From: Candidatus Woesebacteria bacterium GW2011_GWF1_31_35
GTDB taxonomy: Bacteria > Patescibacteriota > Microgenomatia > UBA8517
Direction of reading: 5' to 3'
Length of the DNA: 64,000 nt
Assembly (NCBI GenBank): GCA_001029755.1
Contig: CP011214.1
Span: 65,754-129,753 of the forward strand
Shown: positions 28,816 to 38,525 of the stretch, one piece after another
Layout: every line of letters starts with the position of its first letter
How positions within the stretch are numbered: the stretch's first letter is position 1
The notes under the pieces: model-generated
Databases searched by the model: none
The model's input: only the letters and a program-made list of their open reading frames with translations
Told to the model about the DNA's origin: nothing
Program-made: the position numbers and the translations under genes

Positions 28816-31154
28816 GATTTTAAAGCATGCGACAAAACATCTTCAATTTCACTTGCAAAAATAAACTTAATATCATTTTTAACTTTTGTAGGTACGTCTT
28901 CCATATCCTTTTTATTATCTTTAGGAAGGATTATTGTTTTTAATCCCGCACGATGTCCTGCAATTGTCTTTTCTTTTACCCCACCTATTTCCATAACTTT
29001 TCCTCTTAAAGAAATTTCACCAGTCATTCCAGTATCTCTTCTTACTGGAATTTTAGTTAAAGCAGAAACCAATGCTGTAGTAATAGCAGTTCCTGCAGAT
29101 GGTCCATCTTTAGGTACTGCTCCTTCTGGAACATGAATATGAATATCTAATTTTTGAGAAAATGTCGCTTTTAATCCAAGTTCTTTATAATGAGCTCTTG
29201 TCCAAGTGAATGCAGCTTGAGCTGATTCTTTCATTACATCTCCCAATTGCCCTGTTAAAGTAAGTCTTCCACGCCCCGGCATTAAAGAAACTTCAATAAA
29301 TAGTATTTCTCCACCTGCGGAAGTTACTGCCAAACCTGTCGACATTCCTACTTCATCTTTTTTCTCTGCGATTAAAGATGAATATTTATATGGTCCTAAA
29401 AACTTTCTAACATTAATTTGTTTAATTATTTTAGGATATTTTTTCTTTTCAGCAACAAGTCTTGCAGTTTTTCTGCAAATTGCAGCTAAGTTTCTTTCCA
29501 AATTTCTAACTCCTGCTTCTCTTGTATACTTTGAAATAACTTCTTTTAAGGCACTGTCTGAAATTTTTATATCTTTACCATCCAATCCATGAGCTTTGAG
29601 TTGTTTATTCCAAATAAACTTTTTAGCAATTTCAAATTTTTCCTCTTCTGTATAACCTGCAAAATTAATTACTTCCATTCTATCGCGTAAGGCATTTGGA
29701 ATTGTATCTAATACATTTCCTGTTGTTATAAAAAATACTTCTGATAAATCAAAGGGCACTTCTAAATAATGATCTGAAAATTCTCTATTTTGTTCAGGAT
29801 CCAGTGCTTCTAAAAGTGCCGAAGATGGATCTCCTCTAAAATCTGCTCCTACCTTATCAATTTCATCAAGCATAAAAACAGGATTTCTTGTTCCTGCTGT
29901 TTTAATTCCCTGTAAAATTCTTCCTGGAAGCGCTCCAACATAGGTTCTTCTGTGCCCTCTTATTTCTGCTTCATCTCTAATTCCACCTAAAGAGATTCTT
30001 GCAAATTTTCTACCTAAAGCTTCTGCAATTGCTTTTCCAATCGAAGTCTTTCCGACTCCAGGTGGACCAATGAAACATAATATGGTTGGTTGATAATTAC
30101 TTTCTTTACCAGCTTTTTTCTTTAAAGATAGAAGTTTCATTACAGAAAGATATTCCAAAATTCTTTCTTTGGTTTTTTTCAAACCATAATGCCTTTCATC
30201 CATAATTTTTCCAGCTTTTAAAATTGAAACATTATTAGTACTTAAGGTACTCCAAGGCATATCGCAAAGCCAATCAAGATAATTTCTTAAAAATCCTGAT
30301 TCAGGATTAAAACTACTCATTTTAGAAAGTTTATCTAATTCTTTTTCTGCCTTTTCTCTTACATCTTCTGGCATTTTGGCATCAATAATTTTTTTCTTGT
30401 ATTCTTTTACTTCCTCTGACGCAATTTCTCCTTCTTCTCCTCCAATTTCTCCCAATTCTTTATCAATTGCTCTTTTCCTTTCTCTTAATATGTTTTTCTT
30501 CATTGCGTCATCAAACTGTTTTTGTGTATTTGAATTAATAGTTTTTTCAATCTCTAAAACAGTTATTTCTCTTGAAAGAAGTTCATATACTTTCTTCATT
30601 CTTTCAATTAATGGAAATGTTTCTAGAATTAACTGTTTTTCAATTGGTTTAATATCCAAAACTGAAGCTACTTGATCAGTTAATTCAAATGGGTTTGAAT
30701 TTTCAGAGATTAACTTAACAACTGTCATTACCTCTACCATTTTCCCTAATGCTAAGGCTTTTTTAAAGGCTTCGGCTAATTTTTTAGATAATGCTGAAAC
30801 TTCAGTTGAATCATCATTTTGGTCAGGTAATTCTTCAACATTTCCTACTAAAAAGGGACTTCCAGAAACAATTTGTGAAAGTTTTACTCTTACTTGACCT
30901 CTTACTAATGCATGTGTTCCTTCATCTACAGACATCATTTGAGTAATAGTTGCAAGAGTTCCAATTTCATATAAATCAGATTTTAAAGGTTCATTTATGC
31001 GTGAATCTTTTTGAGTAAAGATTGCAACTAATCTGTCTTTCCCGAATGCTTCATCAGCAGCAGAAACTGATTTAGATCTTACAAATGAAAGTAATGTATC
31101 TGTGTGTGGAAACACTACTGACCCTCGAATTGGTATTATCGGTACAGTTCTCAT
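28800..31154 (-). CDS. lon: Lon protease
   Basis: LON N-domain, GPPGVGKTS, HRRTYVGA, PKDGPSAG, GGVKEK. Confidence 0.98.
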   Translation of the reverse strand: MRTVPIIPIRGSVVFPHTDTLLSFVRSKSVSAADEAFGKDRLVAIFTQKDSRINEPLKSDLYEIGTLATITQMMSVDEGTHALVRGQVRVKLSQIVSGSPFLVGNVEELPDQNDDSTEVSALSKKLAEAFKKALALGKMVEVMTVVKLISENSNPFELTDQVASVLDIKPIEKQLILETFPLIERMKKVYELLSREITVLEIEKTINSNTQKQFDDAMKKNILRERKRAIDKELGEIGGEEGEIASEEVKEYKKKIIDAKMPEDVREKAEKELDKLSKMSSFNPESGFLRNYLDWLCDMPWSTLSTNNVSILKAGKIMDERHYGLKKTKERILEYLSVMKLLSLKKKAGKESNYQPTILCFIGPPGVGKTSIGKAIAEALGRKFARISLGGIRDEAEIRGHRRTYVGALPGRILQGIKTAGTRNPVFMLDEIDKVGADFRGDPSSALLEALDPEQNREFSDHYLEVPFDLSEVFFITTGNVLDTIPNALRDRMEVINFAGYTEEEKFEIAKKFIWNKQLKAHGLDGKDIKISDSALKEVISKYTREAGVRNLERNLAAICRKTARLVAEKKKYPKIIKQINVRKFLGPYKYSSLIAEKKDEVGMSTGLAVTSAGGEILFIEVSLMPGRGRLTLTGQLGDVMKESAQAAFTWTRAHYKELGLKATFSQKLDIHIHVPEGAVPKDGPSAGTAITTALVSALTKIPVRRDTGMTGEISLRGKVMEIGGVKEKTIAGHRAGLKTIILPKDNKKDMEDVPTKVKNDIKFIFASEIEDVLSHALKSWPIK

Positions 31155-31651
31155 CGATTTAGCAGTCTAACAAAGTGTTTGCTAGATGTCAATTGTGAAA
31201 TTATAACTCCAATAACAGCGCCCCCGAAAATATCAATAGGATAATGAACATGGGCCATAATTCTAGCAACTCCAACCAAGCCTGCCATGATTAAGTAAAG
31301 TATCCCAATCTTTCTGTCGTGCTTTAATATCGTAGTTGCAAGAGCAAAAGCCAAAGCTGTGTGTCCTGATGGAAATGCTCCATCCCCTGGAATTGTTAAT
31401 GTTAAGGGAATTAAATTTTGAGACTGAAAGGGCCTTAGTGTTGGAAAAATAATTTTTATTGTTTCAGCTATCCCCCAAGCTAAGGCGCATGAAAAAATTG
31501 CATGAATTACGGTTTCTTTTTTAATCTTTCCATCGATTACCCAAAGAACTAGTAAACCAAAACACATGAGCCAAATTAAAATACTTGCTAGAAATGTAAC
31601 CATTACAAATAATGATATACTAAATTTACTATGATAAACAAAGTTTGTCAT
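31151..31651 (-). CDS. PAP2-family phosphatase (undecaprenyl-PP phosphatase-like)
   Basis: K....RP, FPSGH, ARI...VHYP.D motifs; start uncertain. Confidence 0.88.
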   Translation of the reverse strand: MTNFVYHSKFSISLFVMVTFLASILIWLMCFGLLVLWVIDGKIKKETVIHAIFSCALAWGIAETIKIIFPTLRPFQSQNLIPLTLTIPGDGAFPSGHTALAFALATTILKHDRKIGILYLIMAGLVGVARIMAHVHYPIDIFGGAVIGVIISQLTSSKHFVRLLNR

Positions 31652-31662
31652 ATATTACATAT

Positions 31663-32004
31663 ATGATAAAAAGTTTTTTAAACGCATTTAGAGGAGTATC
31701 TGATGCCGTTAAAAGTGAGCACAATTTAAGAATTCACTTTCTAGCCTCAATCATAGTATTTGTCTTTGCTTATTTTTTAAAATTTTCACCCCAAGAATTT
31801 GCAATTTTAACTTTGACAGTATTTTTAGTAATTATCTTAGAATTAATTAATACCATGATTGAAAAGGTAACTGATATTATTTCTCCTGAAATTTCTGAAA
31901 GGGCAAGAGTTATAAAAGACATTTCAGCTAGTGTAGTTTTATTTGGAGCAATTGCATCAATAATTGTTGCTATATTTTTGTTTGTCCCAAAAATATGGGG
32001 TTAA
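31663..32004 (+). CDS. dgkA: Diacylglycerol/undecaprenol kinase family
   Basis: EHNLRIH, ELINTMIE..D, KDISAS. Confidence 0.88.
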   Translation: MIKSFLNAFRGVSDAVKSEHNLRIHFLASIIVFVFAYFLKFSPQEFAILTLTVFLVIILELINTMIEKVTDIISPEISERARVIKDISASVVLFGAIASIIVAIFLFVPKIWG

Positions 32005-32693
32005 AAAAAAATAAAAATCTTAATAAAGGCTTTATACTTATTGAATTACTTATAGTCTTAACAATAGTTGGAGTAATTTCAGTCTTTTCTGCAGTGAATG
32101 GCCCCACACAACTTCAAAAAGTAAGAGACGCTGTAAGAAAATCCCAAATTGATAGAGTTAAAAAAGCAATTGAAGAATATCACCAAGATACGAATTGTTA
32201 CCCTCAAACAATTCCAACCTGCACAAATAGTATTAATAATGAAGAGTTGGTTTATCTTGACAAAATTGGTTGTGATCCTAAAACAAAACTTTCCTACACC
32301 TATGTTTCAGAAATTAGTGAATGTCCTAAATGGTATCAACTTTATGGCAATTTGGAATATACATTAGATAAAATTATAGACAAAATTGGCTGTCGTGAGG
32401 GTTGCGGACCAGACTGTAGATTTAATTATGGAGTTTCATCTTCTAACCAAAACTTGGATCCATATTGTAAATATCTAACTGCATCTCCAGTTCCAGGAGG
32501 CGGTACTCCTGGACCAACAACAATCCCTGAACCTCCATTACAATATGTTTGTGCACCAAATGGTGCTTGTGAGGTTTTTGAAAATCCTAATTTATCAGGT
32601 TGTCCTGATATTTATATAAATGATCCTTTATGCCAAGGAGCATGCGATAAAAAGGTAAACACTTGCCATGATGACAGAGGAAAAACAAATTAA
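31995..32693 (+). CDS. Type IV pilin/pseudopilin-like protein with Cys-rich C-terminus
   Basis: Class III signal KG|FILIELLIV, RDAVRKS, 14 Cys. Confidence 0.85.
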   Translation: MGLKKNKNLNKGFILIELLIVLTIVGVISVFSAVNGPTQLQKVRDAVRKSQIDRVKKAIEEYHQDTNCYPQTIPTCTNSINNEELVYLDKIGCDPKTKLSYTYVSEISECPKWYQLYGNLEYTLDKIIDKIGCREGCGPDCRFNYGVSSSNQNLDPYCKYLTASPVPGGGTPGPTTIPEPPLQYVCAPNGACEVFENPNLSGCPDIYINDPLCQGACDKKVNTCHDDRGKTN

Positions 32694-32701
32694 ATATTTA
32701 A

Positions 32702-33589
32702 CTATTTAGACAAAACATAGATTAATCCAGTTTTGTCATCAGATATAAAAAGTTTTCCATTTTTATCAAAGATTAAATCTGTTGGTCTTCCTAAGACTTC
32801 ACCACTTCCTTGAATAAATCCTGTAACAAAGTTGGTCATGTTTTGAACAGATCCTGCAAACATGACAAATCTTAATATTTTATTATCTGTGGAAACTAAT
32901 AAATTACCATCACCATCGTAGGTAAGACCTAATGTTGAATCCAAACTTATTATTTTACCAGTTTCATCAAAAGTAAAAAAACTTGATTTTGATTGAACTT
33001 TTTCGAAAACTTTCAGGTCAGTACCATCTAAATTTGACTCTAAAATTTGAGAATTAAAAGGATCTGAAATATATAATTTATTATCTTTTATTTTTAATGT
33101 TCTAGGTAAATTACCCCCATCATCTGGAAACTCAATAATATTTTCTTTTGTACCCACTTCAAAAGAATAAGGATCATACTGGTACCTTGAAACTTTATTA
33201 GATTCAGTTACATATAAATATTGTCCATTAAATATTAATCCATGTGGTTTTTTAAGTCCTTTTAATACCTCAATTCTTTCATCCATTTTTAAATTTCCAT
33301 CATAATCAGGAAGCGCCACAACTCTTCCAGCACTAGTAATTGATGCAAAAAGTGTTCCATTACTATCGAATGCTAAAACTCTAGGCAATTCTCCTTTTAA
33401 ATCTGCAAATAAACTCAAATTATAACTTGAAGGAATTTTGATAGGAGAAAAAGTCTTGTCGTTTAAAGGCAAATATAGTTTTATATTTTTACTAGGTAAA
33501 ATTAAATAAGGATAATAATTTTTTAAAATATAAAAAGCTCCACCACCAATAATTATCAAAAACAGTAAAAATCCAACCAACCTTTTCAC
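32702..33589 (-). CDS. Glucose/sorbosone dehydrogenase-like beta-propeller, membrane anchored
   Basis: PRVLAFD, LKKPHGL, GRPTDL..D..G.LFISDD. Confidence 0.75.
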   Translation of the reverse strand: MKRLVGFLLFLIIIGGGAFYILKNYYPYLILPSKNIKLYLPLNDKTFSPIKIPSSYNLSLFADLKGELPRVLAFDSNGTLFASITSAGRVVALPDYDGNLKMDERIEVLKGLKKPHGLIFNGQYLYVTESNKVSRYQYDPYSFEVGTKENIIEFPDDGGNLPRTLKIKDNKLYISDPFNSQILESNLDGTDLKVFEKVQSKSSFFTFDETGKIISLDSTLGLTYDGDGNLLVSTDNKILRFVMFAGSVQNMTNFVTGFIQGSGEVLGRPTDLIFDKNGKLFISDDKTGLIYVLSK

Positions 33590-33635
33590 CTTAATTCATT
33601 ATATATCAACTATGTAGTAAAATAGCAGTTATCAT

Positions 33636-33709
33636 TGCGGGGTCGTATAACGGCAGTACACATCCCTCTGGAGGATGTTATCTTGGTTCAAATCCAAGCC
33701 CCGCAGCCA
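33636..33709 (+). tRNA. tRNA-Gln (CTG)
   Basis: Acceptor TGCGGGG/CCCCGCA, anticodon arm CATCC-CTCTGGA-GGATG, GGTTCAAATCC, followed by G-CCA. Confidence 0.96.
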
Positions 33710-33865
33710 AGACGTGCAAGTTTGGAACGGTGCCCTCAACATTCACACCTTTAATTTGTGGGTACCTTTAGAATATGGTTGGTTCCTTTTGCTTACTCTG
33801 TCATTTAGGATTCAAACGACAACTCATTTCTCGTAGAGAAGGCCTGTAAGTGATACAATATTGCC

Positions 33866-34561
33866 ATGCTTAGCCTTAAAACATTGGATGTAGACCAGAG
33901 AACGGTTCTTATAATAAAACTCTTACAAGAACAGGTTGTCGATCAACGAAAAAAACTTGCGTATTGGAGAGATCTTACCAAACAACCATCTCAGATAGAC
34001 ACGGGTTATATCTCACAATATTTGCTTAGCTTAATTACATCCATATATGGTGGACTAATGAGAGGTAAAGGAACAGATCTTGATGATGGTTCAGAAATTA
34101 AAGCAGCAAACTTTTTAGATTCTTTAGATAAAAAGGGTGCCACAGCGCCCAGATGGAATTTATCGTCAAATAACTTAAAAACAATGGAGTCCTTCTTATC
34201 ATTCCCGGCTCTATACTTGGTGTCAATGGATCTTAACCCCGCTGGTAAATTTAGAACTCGAGTTTGGAAACTTGACCCAAATAAACACATTCTATTTAGA
34301 AAAAGGTATCTAGAATGGATGGAAAAATTGGGTAAGGTTAAACTTGGAGATCCGGGAAGGCCAGGTATAAATTTTCAATTATTTCCACCTCATAATAAAA
34401 CAGATGAAAGTTTCGCCAGACATGGAAATGGTAGAACAAATGGCTTTTCTCCAATTAAAATCGAACTTGAAGGTGTTCAGGGAGCAAAGAAAATACTACA
34501 TGCAGAAGAGAATAACGGTGTTATAGAAGTTATTTACCTAGATTCCAACATTACTGTATAA
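33866..34561 (+). CDS. Restriction endonuclease, probably MamI-like
   Basis: W..LT.Q..QIDTGYISQ...RGKG.DL.DGSEIK (D..ExK core), PRWN; convergent with a DNA methylase; family recalled from memory. Confidence 0.65.
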   Translation: MLSLKTLDVDQRTVLIIKLLQEQVVDQRKKLAYWRDLTKQPSQIDTGYISQYLLSLITSIYGGLMRGKGTDLDDGSEIKAANFLDSLDKKGATAPRWNLSSNNLKTMESFLSFPALYLVSMDLNPAGKFRTRVWKLDPNKHILFRKRYLEWMEKLGKVKLGDPGRPGINFQLFPPHNKTDESFARHGNGRTNGFSPIKIELEGVQGAKKILHAEENNGVIEVIYLDSNITV

Positions 34562-36637
34562 ATTTTCGAACAGCAATTTAATATTTCTGTTTGCGTCATA
34601 TTTTTTCTCCTCATAATTCTTTATTTTTTCAGCAATCTTAAGCAGTTCTTGTTCGCTAGAACTATTCTTTTTGGGCCATGGAAGTTTGATATCCATTAGC
34701 TCAGAATCCTTAATTCTATTATGCGAGGATGACGTGCCAGAGGTTAATGATAAAACTTGTTTTAAAACAATATCAGTTAAGAGTAGTGTCTTAAGTAAGT
34801 AAGTATACTTTTCTTCATATGGCTTAATAATTTCAAATTCGCTAGAGCAGGTTAGGATTATGTTTGTATCAAACACTACAGTTACTCTTGGAATTCGTGG
34901 GTTAATCTTAGAAAACAATATGTCACCTGGGTAGCACTCTCTACCTGGAGAAATAGGATTGTATTTCATAACTTCATCTACTTTGATCGTAGAGTCTTCA
35001 TTAATATGTAAAATGCTTATATGCTTGACCGTATCAGAAGCAGATTTCTTTTTTCTATTTTTTGTACAAAACTCAGCGATCTTTTTTAGGGGAATGATTT
35101 CAAATTCCTCTGAGTTAATTTTTTGGAAATTCGACACCGTATGTAATCTATCTGCACTATAGAAATTAGCATTCCATTTCCCATTAATGAGTTGTTCAAA
35201 CGGGAATATTACCACTGAGGGCTTCGTACTTAAAACCTTAATTCCGTGATGTTCCTTTGCTGAATTATATAATTCAGCAATTGTTTCCAAGTCATTAGTT
35301 CCAGAATAAATTTTGGTTGCAGTTCCTACCTTTTCTTTAACTTCATAACCTATATCGCTTGCTGTGGCCATAAATATTCCATTTTGTTGAAATTTTTGCT
35401 CATATGGCTTCTGAATATACAAAATAGAGCATTTAGTTCTAGTTCCTGCTTGCGCAAAAGTAACCGCTGGTAAATCAATAACTCCTCGCAAAATAAACCT
35501 TGTCGATAAAAGGTCTCTATAAACCTCATTCATTCCTTTCGATGACACTATTCCATCTGGAACAACTATTAAAAGTCTTCCGCCTGGCTTAAGAAGTTTC
35601 AAACATCGATCAAGCATGATTAGTTCTGAATAGAGAGTTTTAACATTGGAGTATTCTTTAATTTCTGAAAGAAATTCGTATTTATCAGATTCGGAAATAA
35701 TTTCGTCTATATTAAATTCGGCACCAAAAGGTGGGTTTGTAAGAATTAAATCAACCTTACCCACGTATTGATCTATGAAAGAATCCCCCAATATACTATT
35801 CCCTTGTTGAACCAGTTCAGGATTAAGCCCAGATAACAAATAGTTTATTTTAGACATCCTGACCATCCGGTCGACTTTGTCTTGACCTATGAATCCATTA
35901 TTTTTTCTTAAAGAAATTATTTTGCCTTTATTTTTAATATTCGAAGATTCAATAACTTCGACCAATTTTTTATATGAGTAGATAAGAAATGAACTGACAC
36001 CACTTGTTGGATCAAGAACTATAAACGAATCAGGGTTTTCAGATAAAAGGTTGTCGTAAGAAGACTTGTCGTTTTTAATATCTTTAAATGCAATCTCGAT
36101 AGCTGTGTTCACGACTTCCACCGGGGTCATGTATTGGGCGTCTTCTTTATGGTTTCTAAAGTTATCTCGAACAAAATGTCCAAAAGCTTCATTTAATATA
36201 TCTATATTTTTATTTGTGCCTCCATTCTCTGTAAGATTAATGTTATTAATGACTTTAATAATTTTTATCGCAAAGTCATTATCAGTAGTCTGAATATTGA
36301 GGTGGGCGTTTGATCCAAAAACGTTAGAACCGTCTTTGTTAATGAACATCTTATTTTCAGCTATGTCGGAAAACACAGATTGGAGGGCATTTGCAATGTT
36401 TTTCTTATCCCCAAATTTGGCTAGAGCAACCTTTTCTAAATGGGCTAGATCTAGAGAACTAGAGTTATTTTTAAGATCAAAGTATTTAATAACGAGCAAT
36501 TTAAGTATCTCATCAAGCTTCGTGTTGGCGTCATCATACCGCCCTGTTTTGTGAAATTCTTCTTTTAACTCATCCAGGGCAGTATTAAAATTGTCTAGAA
36601 GAATTTCGTTAGATGGTTTTAGGGTAAGTTGAGTCAT
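34538..36637 (-). CDS. N6-adenine DNA methyltransferase (HsdM-like) with fused C-terminal specificity (TRD) domain
   Basis: QYMTP, LDPTSG, LILTNPPFG, LKPGGRL; C-terminal GDILFSKINP..CSSEF..SGTS..RI TRD-like segment. Confidence 0.88.
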   Translation of the reverse strand: MTQLTLKPSNEILLDNFNTALDELKEEFHKTGRYDDANTKLDEILKLLVIKYFDLKNNSSSLDLAHLEKVALAKFGDKKNIANALQSVFSDIAENKMFINKDGSNVFGSNAHLNIQTTDNDFAIKIIKVINNINLTENGGTNKNIDILNEAFGHFVRDNFRNHKEDAQYMTPVEVVNTAIEIAFKDIKNDKSSYDNLLSENPDSFIVLDPTSGVSSFLIYSYKKLVEVIESSNIKNKGKIISLRKNNGFIGQDKVDRMVRMSKINYLLSGLNPELVQQGNSILGDSFIDQYVGKVDLILTNPPFGAEFNIDEIISESDKYEFLSEIKEYSNVKTLYSELIMLDRCLKLLKPGGRLLIVVPDGIVSSKGMNEVYRDLLSTRFILRGVIDLPAVTFAQAGTRTKCSILYIQKPYEQKFQQNGIFMATASDIGYEVKEKVGTATKIYSGTNDLETIAELYNSAKEHHGIKVLSTKPSVVIFPFEQLINGKWNANFYSADRLHTVSNFQKINSEEFEIIPLKKIAEFCTKNRKKKSASDTVKHISILHINEDSTIKVDEVMKYNPISPGRECYPGDILFSKINPRIPRVTVVFDTNIILTCSSEFEIIKPYEEKYTYLLKTLLLTDIVLKQVLSLTSGTSSSHNRIKDSELMDIKLPWPKKNSSSEQELLKIAEKIKNYEEKKYDANRNIKLLFENLYSNVGI

Positions 36638-36669
36638 AAATAGATTATTATCTCATTTTCAGATTAAAA

Positions 36670-37989
36670 TCAACTATAACTATCTGCATCAACCTTTTGT
36701 TCTTGATATGCAGATATAAAGCGATCCTTAATACACAACTGTGTATTTAAAGCTTTTACGAGATCTCTTTTTTCTTGAATTGTTCCACTAGTAAGAATAT
36801 ACTTGGCGAAATTTACAGGGTCTAAAGGTCTACTGTTTGGATTAATATCTTGTTCATAAAGTATCTCTTCCCTTATAGATAAATATGAGGATGCGCTTGT
36901 TTTTAGCACTTCAGTAAACTTTAGAAAATTTGGATGGGCAATATTCATAAAGTTTATATATCGCAAAATCTGTTTTATCAGTTTATCCTCACTAATATAT
37001 GGTTCAGTACACTTACTAAGTGGACGTGCACAATGATAGTAAATATGTCTTCTTGGTTCTGCCCATTTTCTCTTTCTCAGTCGATCCTCCCCAATAATAT
37101 TTGATCCGCAATTGCCACACTTAAATAAACCTTTAAATGTAATCACTTTTTCTCCCCAGCCTGATTTTGGGTATGTAATTAACTGTTCTTGTACTTTATC
37201 GAATACTCCTTTAGTAACTAAGGGTGGATGTTTTCCTTGATACCACACTCCACCTCCGACAGGGTATTCAAATCTCCCATAATAGAAGGGGTTTTTGAGC
37301 ATCTGGTAAATCTGACTGAGCGCGACTCCTTTTCCTTTCCGTGTTGTTATCTTAATCTGATCAAACCATCTTTTGATCGTTCTTCCACTATCACCATTCT
37401 TTGCAACCCTCTCAAACATCTCGGTAATAATGTAGCCTCTGTCTGGATCGACAATAATGTCCTTCAATCCACCCATAGCACGGTTGTAGTAGCCGATTGG
37501 AGGTGGCCCAGGTCTCCACCCCATTGAACATTTTGCTCGGATACCTCTTTTAACATTAATCCCTTTCTGGTCGTTCTCAAGCTTTGCTTGCGAGCAGAGA
37601 ATCATAAGTAAGAACTTTTCATTCGGATTATTTGAGAAACTTTGCGAGAAAGTTTTGATTTGATGTAGTTTCTCTTGATCCATAAGATCCACAAGCATTC
37701 CGAGATCTCCGGCGTTTCTACTAAGTCTGTCTGGTGCCCAAGTCAGTATGCCTGTAAACATTCCAGCTCTTATGTCAGTAATAAGCTGACTAAACACTGG
37801 TCTCTGCCCTGACATTTTTGCTGAATGACTTTCTTTGCGGATTTCTTTTATGAAGAAATTTTCTCGTACTGCCATTTCGCTCATCTCTTTAATCTGGGAA
37901 TCTATCGACATTGCTTGACGCTCATCGTCCTCACTCGATTTTCTGGCATAGAGACAGTACTCGGTTGATGTTACTAAGTTTGGTTCCAT
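36670..37989 (-). CDS. Large serine recombinase (resolvase + recombinase + Zn-ribbon)
   Basis: YARKSSE catalytic Ser, SAKMSGQRP, DRLSRN, CGNCG..YYHC..C. Confidence 0.95.
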   Translation of the reverse strand: MEPNLVTSTEYCLYARKSSEDDERQAMSIDSQIKEMSEMAVRENFFIKEIRKESHSAKMSGQRPVFSQLITDIRAGMFTGILTWAPDRLSRNAGDLGMLVDLMDQEKLHQIKTFSQSFSNNPNEKFLLMILCSQAKLENDQKGINVKRGIRAKCSMGWRPGPPPIGYYNRAMGGLKDIIVDPDRGYIITEMFERVAKNGDSGRTIKRWFDQIKITTRKGKGVALSQIYQMLKNPFYYGRFEYPVGGGVWYQGKHPPLVTKGVFDKVQEQLITYPKSGWGEKVITFKGLFKCGNCGSNIIGEDRLRKRKWAEPRRHIYYHCARPLSKCTEPYISEDKLIKQILRYINFMNIAHPNFLKFTEVLKTSASSYLSIREEILYEQDINPNSRPLDPVNFAKYILTSGTIQEKRDLVKALNTQLCIKDRFISAYQEQKVDADSYS

Positions 37990-38135
37990 TTGTTTAGAAA
38001 TCTCTTAAATTTATCTGCTTGTTTAAAGAACTTTCCGCAATATTCGCCATCCTTAGTAAGGGCGTACTTATAGAAGTAGTACATACACATGTGGAGGTGT
38101 TTGAGAGCCTTTTGCTTTTGATCCTGATTATTCAT
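37974..38135 (-). CDS. Small 53-aa ORF overlapping the recombinase start
   Basis: Manual translation MNNQDQKQKALKHLHMCMYYFYKYALTKDGEYCGKFFKQADKFKRFLNKWNQT*. Confidence 0.45.
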   Translation of the reverse strand: MNNQDQKQKALKHLHMCMYYFYKYALTKDGEYCGKFFKQADKFKRFLNKWNQT

Positions 38136-38189
38136 CAGGTACAAGGTACCGCAAAGGTGGTGGAAGTCTAGCCCTCAAAAATACTATAG

Positions 38190-38399
38190 CTAGGAGATAT
38201 CTATGGAGATTTTCAAAATACGAGCGATCTTGCTCAAAACTTCTAGGGAGGGGCCGTTTCTGCCTTGCTCTATATAGCCCATATACGCTCGACTTATACC
38301 AACCTTATCCGCAAGTTCTTCTTGGGTTAGCCCAATTTGATTGCGTCGTTTCTGGATTTTCTTTCCCAATACCTTTGGTAATTTTGCATTCTTGCGCAT
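38190..38399 (-). CDS. XRE-family HTH regulator, similar to R-M controller proteins
   Basis: GLTQEELADKVGISRAYMGYIEQGRNGPSLEVL. Confidence 0.9.
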   Translation of the reverse strand: MRKNAKLPKVLGKKIQKRRNQIGLTQEELADKVGISRAYMGYIEQGRNGPSLEVLSKIARILKISIDIS

Positions 38400-38420
38400 G
38401 TGTTAATTGTCGAAAACATT

Positions 38421-38521
38421 GAACTCATAGTCCACTTAGCCACAGTTAGCAAATAGCCTTGAAAGAAGCTTGATTTTATGCTAAATGTAAGTTAGCATTC
38501 AGGATATAAGAAAGGAGGTGA
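38421..38521. promoter_or_regulatory. Divergent control region: C-box-like near-palindrome, inverted repeat over a promoter, strong SD
   Basis: GAACTCATAGTCC (38421-33); ATGCTAA-N7-TTAGCAT (38478-98) overlapping TTGATT-17-TAGCAT; AAAGGAGGTGA. Confidence 0.55.
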
Positions 38522-38525
38522 AAAT

